A stretch of 63,432 nucleotides of DNA, the filler included. It is 6 parts of 6 records of this genome, joined end to end, with 100 filler letters (N's around TTAATTAATTAA, not from the genome) between each part and the next. Parts side by side here need not be neighbours in the genome. Positions count along the whole stretch, not along the records: positions 26,531 to 34,876 come from SRR2962707_1890; positions 34,977 to 46,994 come from SRR2962707_1891; 4 more parts are not named here. One strand, given 5' to 3'. The position numbers and the translations under genes were made by a program. The notes beneath the pieces were generated by a model. The model ran no database searches. It saw only the letters and a list, made by a program, of their open reading frames with translations, and was not told where the DNA came from. Position 1 is the stretch's first letter; the number at the start of each line of letters is the position of its first letter. Shown piece by piece: positions 30,201 to 41,822 of this stretch.

Positions 30201-31679
30201 ACGGAGGATGGAAGCAATTCGGTGCCCGGCCGGACTTAGACCAGTACCCTGGCCGCTGTGACATCTTGGAAGTCCAAGGCTTACCAACGCCTCAAAAGCT
30301 GAAGGAGTGCGTTTTACCCGCAAGCGATTGGCATTCATTATGGATCTGGTTTAAGGCGTTGCGCATCATAACTCGAAATGTTTAATGACAACATTGTTAA
30401 AGGTACATGGATTCAGCCATTCCGGTTGTCATGCGTGGTGCTGGCCGCGACCTTGATCTCCCACGTGAAGTTTGGACAGTAGAAAACATCAGACGGCGGT
30501 TTGGAGATGTTGAGGTATCTCTTGGTCACATCCCATACGCCGATCAATTTGACTCTGCGTACAACCCAAAAGTCAAAACAACTGCTACAATGCGTGACTT
30601 TTTGAACACGTTTTCTGAAAGTGGTGAGTTAACACTTGCAGAAGCAATTGTCTTTTACTTGGCATTTCTGCGCCTAGGTGTTCAAGTATTCGGTACTTGA
30701 CTTTGCAACAGGTGAAGTCGGGAGTACAACGGTGCCCGAGTACTTATTTTCAACGGACTTTTATCTGAAAAACCCTTCGTTTCTTGACAATTTCACCACT
30801 CCATTTGACATGGTACAATTTCAATTCCTTTTGACTGACATTGGTAGAGCAAGTACTGATCTCAGCAGCTAAACAGGATTCTTCATTTGTAGGTCCGGAA
30901 TATATCCGGGACAACCGTTACACAAGGTGCGATTGCGACCACCTTTGTTGGTCTCGAACTGAACGCACAGGCGTTTATTGGCGCTCCAGCTTCAGGAGCA
31001 CCAATGCACTTCCACCAGGTGTGAGGTCATGCGTCTCAAGTGTGCTGGGCAGTTTTGTTCTCCACCTCCACTTACCCTTTATTGGTCTTGCAATGCTATT
31101 GGTATTTTCCAAAGGCGGCCCTCAACTATCTAGCGTACGGACGCAAGCGATGGTCATTGTTGCCGCCTGAAAAAGCCATTTACAGTGTTTTGCCGGTGCG
31201 TCAACGTCACCAAGAGTCGGGTCTGCCCTATAGATCGCTTGTTGTCCGTGCTGGCTACAGTTCTGAACATTGATGAAGAAATTATTTTGTTGGCAAACTC
31301 AATGCTTAGGCTGTGCAATGGTTCACTCAAAAAAATAACCAATTCGAGGGCATTGTCGAATTTGTCCAAGAGGCAGAAGATATTGTGCTGCTCCCGAATT
31401 TCTGGTCACATGCCACGTTAAATCTTGAATCCAGTGTCGGATACGCCTTCGAGTTTGAGTACCGCCCCTGGTGCGGAAGCAAGAACAGTCAACAGTATAA
31501 AACCAGCGACTTTGCCTGTTGCAACTTATGTCCTCATAGATCGGTGTGCCTCTTCGTACTGGCATGCAAATAGGCTCAGCAAAATCAACCCTGATCTTTA
31601 CAACCAACAGTTCCAACGCAGACAAACAAAGCACCACGAAGGCTGGTACATCCCTCCACAATACGGTGCGAGACGATAA
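27266..31679 (+). CDS. Eukaryotic multi-exon gene: signal peptide, multiple EF-hands, ankyrin-like repeats and a JmjC/cupin domain (JMJD8-like)
   Basis: Frame-preserving GT-AG introns at 27781-27884, 28269-28366, 29405-29497, 29693-29786, 29994-30105, 30307-30402, 30624-30711, 31019-31114, 31196-31309. EF loops DIDGDNKLLWKE, DKDGDGVITFAE, DSNGDTFLTLEE, DEDQDGLISYEE. Ankyrin-like GWNIFHIAA and RTPLHTAA. JmjC GAPMHFH...YGRKRWSLLPP...WSHATLN. Junctions at about 30813-30970 and the 3' end are unresolved. Confidence 0.72.
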
Positions 31680-31928
31680 ATCTGCGCTGCGCTTAGCATG
31701 CTATTGGCTGTTATTGCGACTCACTATTGTGTGCTGTTTGTGCGTGGTAGGCAATTGGGCAGTGAGGGTTCTTCGAGAAGGGGATGTTGATTAATCACTT
31801 CAAGCACGTGTCAGAAACAAAAAAATCGTGTCCACACGGTGCTAGAATCTCGGATGAATAAAATAAATAATTGAATAATAGTAGCTATTTTGCTATTTTG
31901 ATCTTCCACGGTTGCAATTCTCTTCGCA

Positions 31929-34711
31929 TCAGCGGCCAACATCTTCAGCATCCTTGTGGCTTTCTTCGTAAGACCGACCAATGACGCTCATGATACCTGC
32001 CGTGTATGCATCAAACAGCAACGCAGCAAGTGGGTTTTGCTTGCCGAGGCAACCTACGTGCAGTTGCGCGTTTCCGGTTACAAAAAGCACACATGAATCT
32101 GTACCTTGGTTTCTGTGCAATGTCACCTCGCAGCGGTCCTCAACGGCTGCTTTTATGGGACCAAGGCCATTTCCAAACAATCTGTTAAATTCAATGATTC
32201 CACGCCCACGTTCACGGACCCAAACGCCAGCATACCCGTTTTTTGAGATTTCGTTGTCTTTCACAAATGGTTTAGCGCCCTTGCACGGAAAAAAGCAAAG
32301 AATGGTGTGGAGTTAGCACAGGACTCCATAATTCACGTGCAGTACTACATCATTCAAATCTTGGCGTACCTTGGCGATTGTCAAGCCGTTTCCTTCATTC
32401 TTGACGATTCGATTTGAAGCTAGGGTTGGAGCAGAGTTAGGATGCCACACGCCTACACCGTCACCGTGGCCCGAAGTGATGTCATTGTTACGAATTGAGG
32501 GAGAGGCACCAAACCGAATCCACATTCCGTAGCCGTCTGCACTTTGGATCCAATTGCCAACAACCTGGCAAAGCGTTGACTGCCCTTCGCAAACGATACC
32601 ATCGTCGCAGGCAGAGTATCTGTGAATCATTAAACATGTACAGCGCGATTAGCATTCGTCAACAGGGCTGTTACGAGACACAGTTGTTTGTGCCTTAGCA
32701 GCAAAAACGTACAACTTGTTGTCCTCAATAGAAACAAGCACCGCTTGTGCGCTCGATGAATTGGTTGCTGTTCGCACAACTATGCCTCCGCCCGTCAAAA
32801 TGCAGCGGGATATCTTTGTTGCAGCAGCGACAAGTAGCACGCCGCATTGAATGTCAGAAAATACCTGGGAAGCATTTGCAGAATTGACAAGAGTTGAGCC
32901 ACATTGGAACACTGAACCACGTCCACCAATCGTGGCAATGCTCTTGTATTCAATACCGTCCAGAAACGAACTCGAAGATTCTGAACTTGAGCCCGTTTGT
33001 GACGTAATTGAATGCATGGGACTTTTCGTAGCTTTTCATCGTCCGCTGCCTCTCTCGCCAGCGCGTCGCCTTTGCTCAATTCCGCTCCACGTATTGGAGG
33101 TGTCATACGCAACAGCTGTGCAATAGCAGCCGGTGTGCGTGTGGGCGACTTGAACTCGACCCGAACCCACGAACTTTAACACAACCAACAACAAGCAGAG
33201 AGACCAAGGACAAACATGTACTTGATTTAGCAACACAACTAAACGGCACAACCGATGACAATAGCAGCCACGACAGACACAGTTGTTGCACCATGGCGCA
33301 AACGGCACCAACAATATTGTAAGGCCCCCACAAACACGTACCCTAGAGTCCGTGTTAAAGTGACATCTTTGTCGATGATAAGTGGCCGATCGGTGAACGT
33401 GTACGTGCCAGTGCCGAGACTGACAACAGCCTTGACATGGACGTCAGGTGTAATAGGTTCTCAATTCTTCATGAACGGTGACTCAAAGAAGTGCAGTCAA
33501 ACAGAAAAACTAACAAATGTGCCACTCACTTTTGCTTTTGGTGGGATAGACGCCAACGCTTCGTCCAGAGTCGAAAATTTTCTTTCGGTGATGTGCCGTG
33601 GAGTCGACGCTCGCGCAGCCTGCTGCTGCGCCGGTGCATTCCCCATTTCATGCTCAAAGAAGTACTCTACGGTCACAATTCCAGGGATGCTGCGAAGCCG
33701 AAGCTTTTCCTTCTCTTCCAAGTGGGCGTCGTTTAGCTTCTCTTTGAGCCGGGCTGCCTCGGCTTCCAGCCTCGCAACTTCTGCCTGACGATCCAAAACT
33801 TTTTGCTTCTGGTCATCGTAGTGCTGCATGACTGCAGGGTGCAGCAAACCCAATTCGCGTCGGTACCGGTTTCGCTCGTCTCGATCGACGACCGCATTGC
33901 CATCACGCTCGTAGTCGGCAAGCTTGGACATGTTTATTGGCCGAACAGCATGAGGGCCAAAAAATCTCTGTGCCATGGTCACTTTTTTCGCTGCTGCACG
34001 AAACCGGTCGAGTGCTGACGCGGCATGTATGCTATTTTCACCGCTGACGTTCTTGGCAGGCGTTGATGAGCGGTTGCTTTTCTTGTCGTTTCGGCTCGCG
34101 CTCGTGATTTGACCTCGAGGCAAATTCTGAAAGCTGGCTGCAAGCGATGGGAGTCGAGACTTGTCAGCCCATGGAGAGGTCGCCGCACTGCCCTGAGGCA
34201 CCCGTCCAGCAGCACTGCTGCCGCGAGTTGCCTGTTGCTTGGAGACTGGCCTTGATATGGCTGTCACTGTATTCGACAGTAGGCGCCAGGCTGCTGGAGC
34301 TTCCCACGAGCTGTCCCCCGTAGCATGATCAAAATAGTACGGTATTCCAGTGGCTTCGTCCACGTACTCCTCCCAGTCGTTGGCGCCTTCTGCAAGGCGC
34401 GCTGCACCAAACTCGCAGTGGCCCACCACCACACCTGCCAGTGCGTCGTCGTCTGCGTGGTAGCTCTGGTGTGCTTCCCCGTGACTCTGCAGCAGGACTG
34501 GGCGGTCCTGCCCATACCGGTAGGACGCAGACTGACGGCGGTCTTCTCGAACGTGCCGTTCGTTACGCTGAGGATGTTGCTGGCGGGGCCGGTGGGTCCC
34601 TCCAGCGATCGACAGCTTGACGGGAGTCAAGTTCGGCAGCAACACAGGCAGCTCATCCGACTCTTCTCGGTGCCCCCCGTCCGGGTGCCTCCCCCTGCGA
34701 TGTTCGCTCAT
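31929..34711 (-). CDS. Eukaryotic multi-exon gene: WW domain, coiled coil and right-handed parallel beta-helix (FBXO11/NosD-like repeats); boundaries approximate
   Basis: WW motif WEEYVDEATGIPYYFDHATGDSSWEAP. Beta-helix repeats PSIRNNDITSGHGDGVGV, PTLASNRIVKNEGNGLTI, VKDNEISKNGYAGVWV spread over several ORF segments. Confidence 0.62.
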
Positions 34712-34854
34712 GCTAGATGTATGTTGGAGGGCGGCTATCAAGCCATGTCCCCTGGAAAAGCAAGTCCTCTGCCCCTCCTGCCCCTGTGTTCGTAAGTTCT
34801 TTAATTATTCATTCCGTGAGGTTTCCCAACAATTAAAAAACTTACGAACAGAGG

Positions 34855-34876
34855 GAGAGAGAGAGAGAGAGAGAGA
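34855..34876. repeat. (GA)n microsatellite at contig end
   Basis: Uninterrupted GA dinucleotides up to the spacer. Confidence 0.9.
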
Positions 34877-34976
34877 NNNNNNNNNNNNNNNNNNNNNNNN
34901 NNNNNNNNNNNNNNNNNNNNTTAATTAATTAANNNNNNNNNNNNNNNNNNNNNNNNNNNNNNNNNNNNNNNNNNNN
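34877..34976. other. Artificial contig spacer
   Basis: N-run with TTAATTAATTAA. Confidence 0.99.
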
Positions 34977-35988
34977 CTTCCACGATGCCGATGTGCGCCC
35001 CGAAGGTGTGGATTTCGCTGAAAACACCAGAAATTTGCGCGAGATCGTCGATTATTTCGAGGAAAAGCAGGCGGCAACTGGCGTCAAACTGCTCTGGGGT
35101 ACGGCAAATCTGTTTTCAAACCGGCGTTTCATGTCCGGTGCGGCGACGAATCCCGACCCGGATGTCTTTGCCTTTTCCGCCGCCACTGTAAAGACCTGCA
35201 TGGACGCGACCAAACAGCTCGGGGGCGAAAATTATGTTCTATGGGGAGGGCGCGAAGGGTACGAAACCCTGCTAAACACCGACCTTGCCCGGGAACGCGC
35301 CCATGCAGGGCGGTTCCTGCAGATGGTAGTCGATTACAAACACAAGATAGGCTTTGACGGCACGATCCTGATCGAACCAAAGCCGCAGGAGCCTACAAAG
35401 CATCAATACGATTACGACGTCGCCACAGTTTATGGCTTCCTCAAGGAATTCGGACTTGAGAACGAGGTGAAGATGAACATCGAACAGGGGCATGCCATTC
35501 TGGCCGGCCATTCGTTCGAACATGAACTGGCGATGGCGCGCAGCCTGGGCATCTTTGGCTCGATCGACATGAACCGGAACGATTATCAGTCCGGCTGGGA
35601 CACCGACCAATTCCCCAACAATGTACCCGAGATGGCGCTAGCCTATTACGAGGTGCTGCGCGCGGGCGGGTTCACGACCGGCGGCACCAACTTCGACGCC
35701 AAGCTGCGTCGTCAGTCGCTGGACGCCGAGGATCTGATCCTGGCCCATGTGGGCGGGATGGATGCCTGCGCGTCGGGGCTCAAGGCTGCGGCAGCCATGC
35801 TTGAGGATGGCAAACTAGAAGCGGCACGGAATGCGCGGTATTCTGGGTGGGAAAAGACGACGTCCAAGACGATGCTTGAAAGCGATCTTGGCAGTATCGC
35901 CGCCCGAGTCGAGGCCGAAGGGATTAATCCGCAGCCGCGTTCAGGTCGACAGGAGCGTCTGGAGAACCTCGTCAACAGATACCTGTAA
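34977..35988 (+). CDS. xylA: Xylose isomerase, class II (5' truncated)
   Basis: [59 protein letters not shown]. Confidence 0.96.
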
Positions 35989-36078
35989 CAAGGCAAGACA
36001 ACTGCCTGCGGTCAGCCAGTCAAGGTGAACGCTGCCAGTCCTGACATCCCTTTGAAACCCGCCTAATGCAACTGAGTT

Positions 36079-36435
36079 TCAAAGGGGAACGTCGTCATAT
36101 TTGCGGGCCGAAACAGCCTTTATCTCACCGATAGCTTGCGTGGCTGCGCCGGACACCTGGCCAGAAATGCTTGTCGCCTGTTCGGTATATTGCTCGATCG
36201 CTTTCTTGAAATATTCAGACTGCAGTTCCAGAAAATCCTGCGGGCGGCGGCAGGCGAATATGGCTTGCTGCGTCTTCAGATCTTGCTGCCACCGCTCTGT
36301 CATGAAACGCGTCGCCCGTGCGATAAGATCCAGCCATGTCGCGATATTGACAGTCTGCGCAACATGCGAGATTTCAAGCGCATTTTCCGGCGCGGCAGAA
36401 ACAGTAGAGGTCTTTTCTTGAATCGCATGGTTCAT
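36079..36435 (-). CDS. Phasin-family (Phasin_2-like) small protein
   Basis: FMTERWQQDLKTQQAIFACRRPQDFLELQSEYFKKAIEQY pattern, C-terminal YDDVPL. CAGGAG RBS. Confidence 0.7.
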   Translation of the reverse strand: MNHAIQEKTSTVSAAPENALEISHVAQTVNIATWLDLIARATRFMTERWQQDLKTQQAIFACRRPQDFLELQSEYFKKAIEQYTEQATSISGQVSGAATQAIGEIKAVSARKYDDVPL

Positions 36436-36522
36436 GGCGGCGGCTCCTGAAATTGTGTCCCAAGACCGCAGATGATCCAACGGCCTTCCTGCCAAGGGTA
36501 TCCGTAAAGCTGCGAACCCGCA

Positions 36523-36536
36523 TTGATGAAGATCAA
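36523..36536. promoter_or_regulatory. FNR/FnrL/FixK box
   Basis: Perfect TTGAT-GAAG-ATCAA about 90 bp upstream of the phasin start. Confidence 0.75.
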
Positions 36537-37349
36537 CATCGCCCGTGAGGCGATCGTATGAGAATGGATCGCAATTTTATTCCAAGATCTGATCCAACTA
36601 CCCATCATGTCCCGGGTCAAGCACTCTGGAGTTTACGTTGCACCACAACAGATGCCGAACTGTCGGGGCCGACCGTCTAACAAGGCGCCGAGACCGGTGC
36701 ATTTCTTACGTGCCTGTCAATCTCGTACGCGCCGACCCATTGCCCGGCGGGAGAAACTACAGAAATCCAAGCGTAAATCAGACCTGGCGCCATCGGCGTC
36801 TATGGTGCTGACATTACACGGACACATCGTGAAAGACAGCACGGGCCAATGATCGGAGCGTAATCAGCCCTTGGTCGCGAATTTGGAAAGCCCATTATTG
36901 TCCCAGCTAGAGAACGAGCACTATATCAGCAAATAGGTACAGACAACGGCGTGATCTTAGCTACGAGGGCTTTCGCGGCGTCTTGCCTAACAATCGCAGA
37001 TATCGAGGTTTGGACCTGGCCTCGGCGCACGAGTGCCTGTCAACGTTGCCGACCCGATCGATTTTGGTGAAATACCGGCGCCGAACGGTCAGGATATGAA
37101 ATTAACTGGCGCACCTCTTTGCGAAGATCTGGATGTCAAAGCTGTCCTGCTCGATGTCACACCGGTAAACTTCAAAGCGCCCTTGACGGGACGGATCTCG
37201 GAAAGAACTTCGTTCTTGGGATTTGCGTGGCCATGATGGCGCTGACTTTTGACCAGGCGATCCTGAAATAGGCGCGCGATCAGAAAACCATGCTCGGCCT
37301 GGTAGGCTAAACGGAATGCTCGCACCTTTTGGGGCGGGAATCCCCTAAA

Positions 37350-37450
37350 CCTTGGTCCACATCCCTGCCACTTGGTGGATCAGATGAGGGATGACCCGTT
37401 CCACATCTTGCAGAGATATTCGCAAGGCGTGGGGTCGCCGAGGCCATCGG
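37350..37450 (-). mobile_element. Degenerate IS481-family transposase C-terminal remnant
   Basis: Minus-strand translation TPCEYLCKMW and, after a frameshift, LIHQVAGMWT resemble the IS481 ending TPYEFICKxW...PIHQMPGLNT. Confidence 0.5.
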
Positions 37451-37482
37451 CTTGCGTGTTCAGCGGATCCTGGCTGACGTCA

Positions 37483-38379
37483 TCAAAGCGATTTATGTTC
37501 GGCAGGGAAACGATCCTCTGGATCTTCGAACAGCTGATTTGCCTTCTGAGGAAAAAGCGCAGGATCCATCACTGTCGCAGTGTTCAGGTAATCATGAAAA
37601 TGCACGGCGCAATTGATTGTGTCCGATACAATCACCGCAAATTGTGCAGGTGAAGAATAGCACGCTTGCTGTTCCGTGCGTCCACGAAAATAGAGCTCAA
37701 CATTATGTTGGTTTCCCTTGATCGTCGCGCAGGGATAGCCCCCCCAGCTTCCAGCCGTTGCGATATGGCAATGACCTGCCAGTATTTGGACAATCTCGGC
37801 GCCACTTTCGTTCAGAACCTCCAGCAATCGGTCAGGCTCGCTCAGACGGTAGGTATCTACTGGCATTTGAAAAGCGCATGGGTTGTGGTGGAGCAAGATG
37901 ATTACTTTTAGCCCTAGGTCTTTAGCTTCGGTCAATCGTTCGAAAATCCACGCCAGCCTCTTCTCACACAATAGGCTAAAGCGGATATGCATATCAGGCT
38001 CTGATGTGTCGAGCATCAAAATTCGATGCCCTTTAATGTCTTCAAAACCCTGCACAAAGCCGTTTACGTCTACCATCGGCGATCTGGCATTTGCCAAATA
38101 GACATTTCGGTCATCGTGATTGCCCATCATCACACGCTGCGGTACAGAAAAATCTGCGCGAATCTGCTCGAATTGCTCATATGCCGCGACCTCTGCACTA
38201 TCCGCGATATCTCCCGCAAAGACACATAGATCAGCATCGGCGTACAAACGATTTGCATCGTTTATCGCCTCGGCAAACCGGCCGGCAGTGTTCAAACCCT
38301 TCCTAATCTCATCTTTTGGGAAAAGGTGGATATCGCTCATAACGACAAGCTTTAGAACGCTGCTTAAATAATTGGACAT
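37483..38379 (-). CDS. Metallophosphoesterase, GpdQ/CpdA(Icc)-like phosphodiesterase
   Basis: All five calcineurin-like motifs: SDIH, GDIAD, GNHD, HHNP, GHCH. No signal peptide. Confidence 0.88.
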   Translation of the reverse strand: MSNYLSSVLKLVVMSDIHLFPKDEIRKGLNTAGRFAEAINDANRLYADADLCVFAGDIADSAEVAAYEQFEQIRADFSVPQRVMMGNHDDRNVYLANARSPMVDVNGFVQGFEDIKGHRILMLDTSEPDMHIRFSLLCEKRLAWIFERLTEAKDLGLKVIILLHHNPCAFQMPVDTYRLSEPDRLLEVLNESGAEIVQILAGHCHIATAGSWGGYPCATIKGNQHNVELYFRGRTEQQACYSSPAQFAVIVSDTINCAVHFHDYLNTATVMDPALFPQKANQLFEDPEDRFPAEHKSL

Positions 38380-38383
38380 TTTC

Positions 38384-39214
38384 TTATTCCTTATCAACAA
38401 GGTCACGGGCCCAATCGCCTAGAAGCGAAATGGAGATTGTGGCGATCAAGATGACAAAACCGGGCATCAGTGCCACCCAGGGCGCGTTATAAAGCTGGTC
38501 TCGTCCCTGTCCGATCAGCACCCCAAGAGAGGTATCGGGCGGCTGAATGCCTATCCCCAGAAAGCTCAGCGTCGACTCTACCAAGATCGTTCTGGGAAAA
38601 TTGATCGACATATTCACCAAAAGCACCGCCGCCGCGTTTGGCAGAATGGAACGGGTGATGATCCGTACGGGACTCGCTCCAAACACGATCTGGGCCTGCA
38701 CATAAGGCTGGCTTTTGGCAGAAAGTGCTATGGCGCGGGCCAGTCGCGCATATTGTTCCCATCCGTAGATCACCATAATCATAACAAAGACCATGAAATT
38801 AACCTCAGGAAATGCCGCTAACAAGGCAAGCGCCAGAATGAGGTTTGGGATCGTTGATTGAAAATCGATAAGAACGCCAATCAGATTATCGACCCAGCCG
38901 CCAACCCATGCGCCCACGAATCCCAGGGTGACGCCCAGAACGGCACCACCGATTGTACCAAGCGCGGCGATTGTCATCGACACCTGAATGCCACGCAGCA
39001 GCAAACTTAGAATATCACGGCCAAGGCTGTCAGTGCCAAGCGGGTTACCCCAGTCACCGCCAAGAAAGATGGGGGATTGAAATCGGTTGCGCAGATCGAC
39101 TTGTGTGATGTCATGCGGCGCCAGAAGTTGGGCAAAAACTGCACAGATTAGTAGGGTCGCGACAACTGCAAAAGAAAGCACAATAAGTAACGGAAGATGT
39201 CGGAATGAATTCAT
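38384..39214 (-). CDS. Peptide/nickel-family ABC permease (DppC-like)
   Basis: LGTDSLGRD, ESTLSFLGIG, LLGDWARD. Confidence 0.92.
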   Translation of the reverse strand: MNSFRHLPLLIVLSFAVVATLLICAVFAQLLAPHDITQVDLRNRFQSPIFLGGDWGNPLGTDSLGRDILSLLLRGIQVSMTIAALGTIGGAVLGVTLGFVGAWVGGWVDNLIGVLIDFQSTIPNLILALALLAAFPEVNFMVFVMIMVIYGWEQYARLARAIALSAKSQPYVQAQIVFGASPVRIITRSILPNAAAVLLVNMSINFPRTILVESTLSFLGIGIQPPDTSLGVLIGQGRDQLYNAPWVALMPGFVILIATISISLLGDWARDLVDKE

Positions 39215-39222
39215 TTTATGTC

Positions 39223-40167
39223 CTATACGGCATTTTGCGTGCGCGCTTTGAAGCGGGCATCAGCAATACGCGGGTCGACATAGCCGTAGGCAATATCCGC
39301 CAGAAGGTTAGCCAGGATAACGGTTGTTCCCGTTAAAAGGATAATGACCTGCACCACAGCATAGTCACGGTTGGCAATCCCCGTGATTAAAAGCCGCCCA
39401 ACACCGGGCCAGCTAAACACGCTCTCGACCACGATGGCGAAAGTGAGGATGTTACCGAACTCAAGAGCTGTGATGGTAATAAGTGGCAAAAGCACGTTCG
39501 GCAAACCATGCATGCACAATATGACGCGGCGGGTCAGGCCGCTGGCTTGTGCCGTCTCGATCATCGGGTGCGACAAGACCTCGACCATCGCCGAGCGCGT
39601 AAACCGAGCGTAGATTGCAGCCGTCGCGATAGCGAGCGTTGCAGAGGGCATGATGTACGACTGCCAGCTTACAATTCCAGATGGCGGCAACCACGCCAAC
39701 CAGACCGAAAAAACAAACATCAGCAACAATCCCAGAAGAAAGGATGGGATGGCCAGCGCAACGACAGCCAAAACAATCGTAACCCGATCCGACGCTTTAC
39801 CGCGGTTCATGGCAGCAAAGATCCCAAGCGGTACACCGAGGATGATAGAAACCAACATCGTGGGTAGCATGAGGGAGAGTGTTGCAGGCAAACGAGAGAC
39901 CACAAGTCCCCACGCAGGTTCACCCGTGCGAAATGAGATGCCAAAATCCAAATGACGGATGCCATCGAGATAAATCAGAAATTGCTTCCAAAGCGGATAA
40001 TTGAGGCCCCATTTTTCACGGAAGGCGTCCAATGTTGCCATGTCGATGTCTTCGCCAAATTTCGCGACGGCTGGGTCTCCACTGACGGCCAACGTAAAAA
40101 ACGTAAAGGCGATCAGCAGCAACAGCGTTAGAATAGCCCGGCCGATGCGAGTGATAAACCATGTCAT
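39223..40167 (-). CDS. Peptide/nickel-family ABC permease (DppB-like)
   Basis: GDPA, DFGISF, RLPATL, VESVFSWPGVGRL, DPRI. Confidence 0.92.
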   Translation of the reverse strand: MTWFITRIGRAILTLLLLIAFTFFTLAVSGDPAVAKFGEDIDMATLDAFREKWGLNYPLWKQFLIYLDGIRHLDFGISFRTGEPAWGLVVSRLPATLSLMLPTMLVSIILGVPLGIFAAMNRGKASDRVTIVLAVVALAIPSFLLGLLLMFVFSVWLAWLPPSGIVSWQSYIMPSATLAIATAAIYARFTRSAMVEVLSHPMIETAQASGLTRRVILCMHGLPNVLLPLITITALEFGNILTFAIVVESVFSWPGVGRLLITGIANRDYAVVQVIILLTGTTVILANLLADIAYGYVDPRIADARFKARTQNAV

Positions 40168-41822
40168 GCGTAAACACCCTCGGCCACGGGCGGTGTGCCC
40201 ACCTTTGCAGGCAAAACCGGAACAGCGGATAGCAGTGTTCGCGTGTAAGCATGCGAGGGTGACTTAAATAGCTGTTCGGTATGGTTTTTCTCGACCAGCT
40301 GCCCCTGCCGCATCACTGCAACGCTGTCGCAAATCTGATGGATCACCGAAAAATCATGACTGATGAACAGGATCGCAACGCCAAATTTTTCCCTCAAATC
40401 CATAAGCAAGTTTAAGACACGTGCTTGAACAGTTGCATCCAAGGCCGAAACAGATTCGTCACAAATCAGCACTTTGGGCTGCAACGCGAGCGCGCGCGCG
40501 ATTGTCGCGCGTTGACGCTGGCCACCCGACAAACTCCCCGGTTTGCGGTTATAGAGGCTCTCATCAAGCCGTGTTTCCGCCAGTAATATCCGCGCGCGTT
40601 CGTCACGTTCTGCATTGGTCCCAACACCGTGAATATCAAGCGGCTGGCGCACCTGACGCAAGATTCGCGCAGAGGGATCGAGCGCGCCGCGCGGGTCTTG
40701 AAAGATGTATTGGACATCGCGACGCCATGCCTTGTTTGGGGCCGCCCAATTCAAAACCTCGCCGCCCAGTGTGACCTGGCCTTGCGAAGGTGAGGCTAGC
40801 CCTACAGCGGTCTTGGCCAACGTGCTTTTACCCGAACCGGACTCGCCAACAAGTCCAAGGATTTCGCCCTGTCTCAGCGTAAGGTTCACTTCATCCACTG
40901 CGTTGAAAGCGTCACCATTGCCACGCCTGTATCGCACGCTAATGTCTGCAAAACTCAGCACTGAATCGTTGGCGCGGATACACGGCGGGGCTGCTGGTGG
41001 CGGCGTTGTATCGCCCGCAGACAGGCCCAAACGACGCCCACGTGTGGAAGGCCGCGGGAGGGCCGCAAGCATCTGTTTGGTATAATTATGTTGCGGTGCC
41101 GTCAGGACGTCCTGAACGGTTCCTTGTTCGACAACTCGTCCTTGCCGCATAACCAAAACGCGATCACACAGCTGATAGACAACACCAAGATCATGCGTGA
41201 CGAGGATAATCGCCATGCCGCGGTCCGATGCCAGCCCTTTCATCTGCTTAAGAATGCCCGCTTGAACAGTGACATCGAGCGCGGTTGTGGGTTCGTCGGC
41301 AATTAAAACTTTGGGGTTGTGCGCAAGAGCGCATGCGATGGCGATCCGTTGGCATTGGCCACCTGAAAGCTGATGGGCGTAACTGTCCATGAGTTTTTCA
41401 GGATCGGCCAATCCTGCTTGCTGTAAAATTGGAACAGGGTCTGACTTCGTACGCAGGGCCAAGTGTCGACGGACTGTCATCAATGGGTCAAGCGCGCTCA
41501 TCGGATCTTGGAAAATCATTGAAATACTAGGTCCGCGCAGGCGTGCAGTGGCACGTTTGTCCGACAGGTCCAGGTTCTGGCCTTCGAAACACATTGACCC
41601 AGAAAGCGTTGCCGACTGAGGCAACATTCCCATCAACGCACGGCAAATCACACTTTTACCTGCGCCGCTTTCGCCGACAATGCCAAGTATCTCGCTTGGG
41701 TAGAGGTCAAAAGAAATATCCTCACATGCAGGCAATGCTGCGCTCTGCGCAAAGCGAACACCGCCCCCTTGCATCGAAAGCAAGGGGGCGGTGATGTCCG
41801 AGGCAAGACGCTTATGAGTCAT
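40164..41822 (-). CDS. Fused dual-ATPase subunit of peptide-family ABC transporter (DppD/F-like)
   Basis: GESGAGKS/LSGGQCQR/ADEPTT and GESGSGKS/LSGGQRQR/CDESVS. Confidence 0.93.
   Translation of the reverse strand: MTHKRLASDITAPLLSMQGGGVRFAQSAALPACEDISFDLYPSEILGIVGESGAGKSVICRALMGMLPQSATLSGSMCFEGQNLDLSDKRATARLRGPSISMIFQDPMSALDPLMTVRRHLALRTKSDPVPILQQAGLADPEKLMDSYAHQLSGGQCQRIAIACALAHNPKVLIADEPTTALDVTVQAGILKQMKGLASDRGMAIILVTHDLGVVYQLCDRVLVMRQGRVVEQGTVQDVLTAPQHNYTKQMLAALPRPSTRGRRLGLSAGDTTPPPAAPPCIRANDSVLSFADISVRYRRGNGDAFNAVDEVNLTLRQGEILGLVGESGSGKSTLAKTAVGLASPSQGQVTLGGEVLNWAAPNKAWRRDVQYIFQDPRGALDPSARILRQVRQPLDIHGVGTNAERDERARILLAETRLDESLYNRKPGSLSGGQRQRATIARALALQPKVLICDESVSALDATVQARVLNLLMDLREKFGVAILFISHDFSVIHQICDSVAVMRQGQLVEKNHTEQLFKSPSHAYTRTLLSAVPVLPAKVGTPPVAEGVYA

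Noticed and set aside
36600-37340. Short ORFs between the phasin gene and the IS481 remnant
   Set aside because: No RBS or motif support; probably decayed sequence that I cannot assign.
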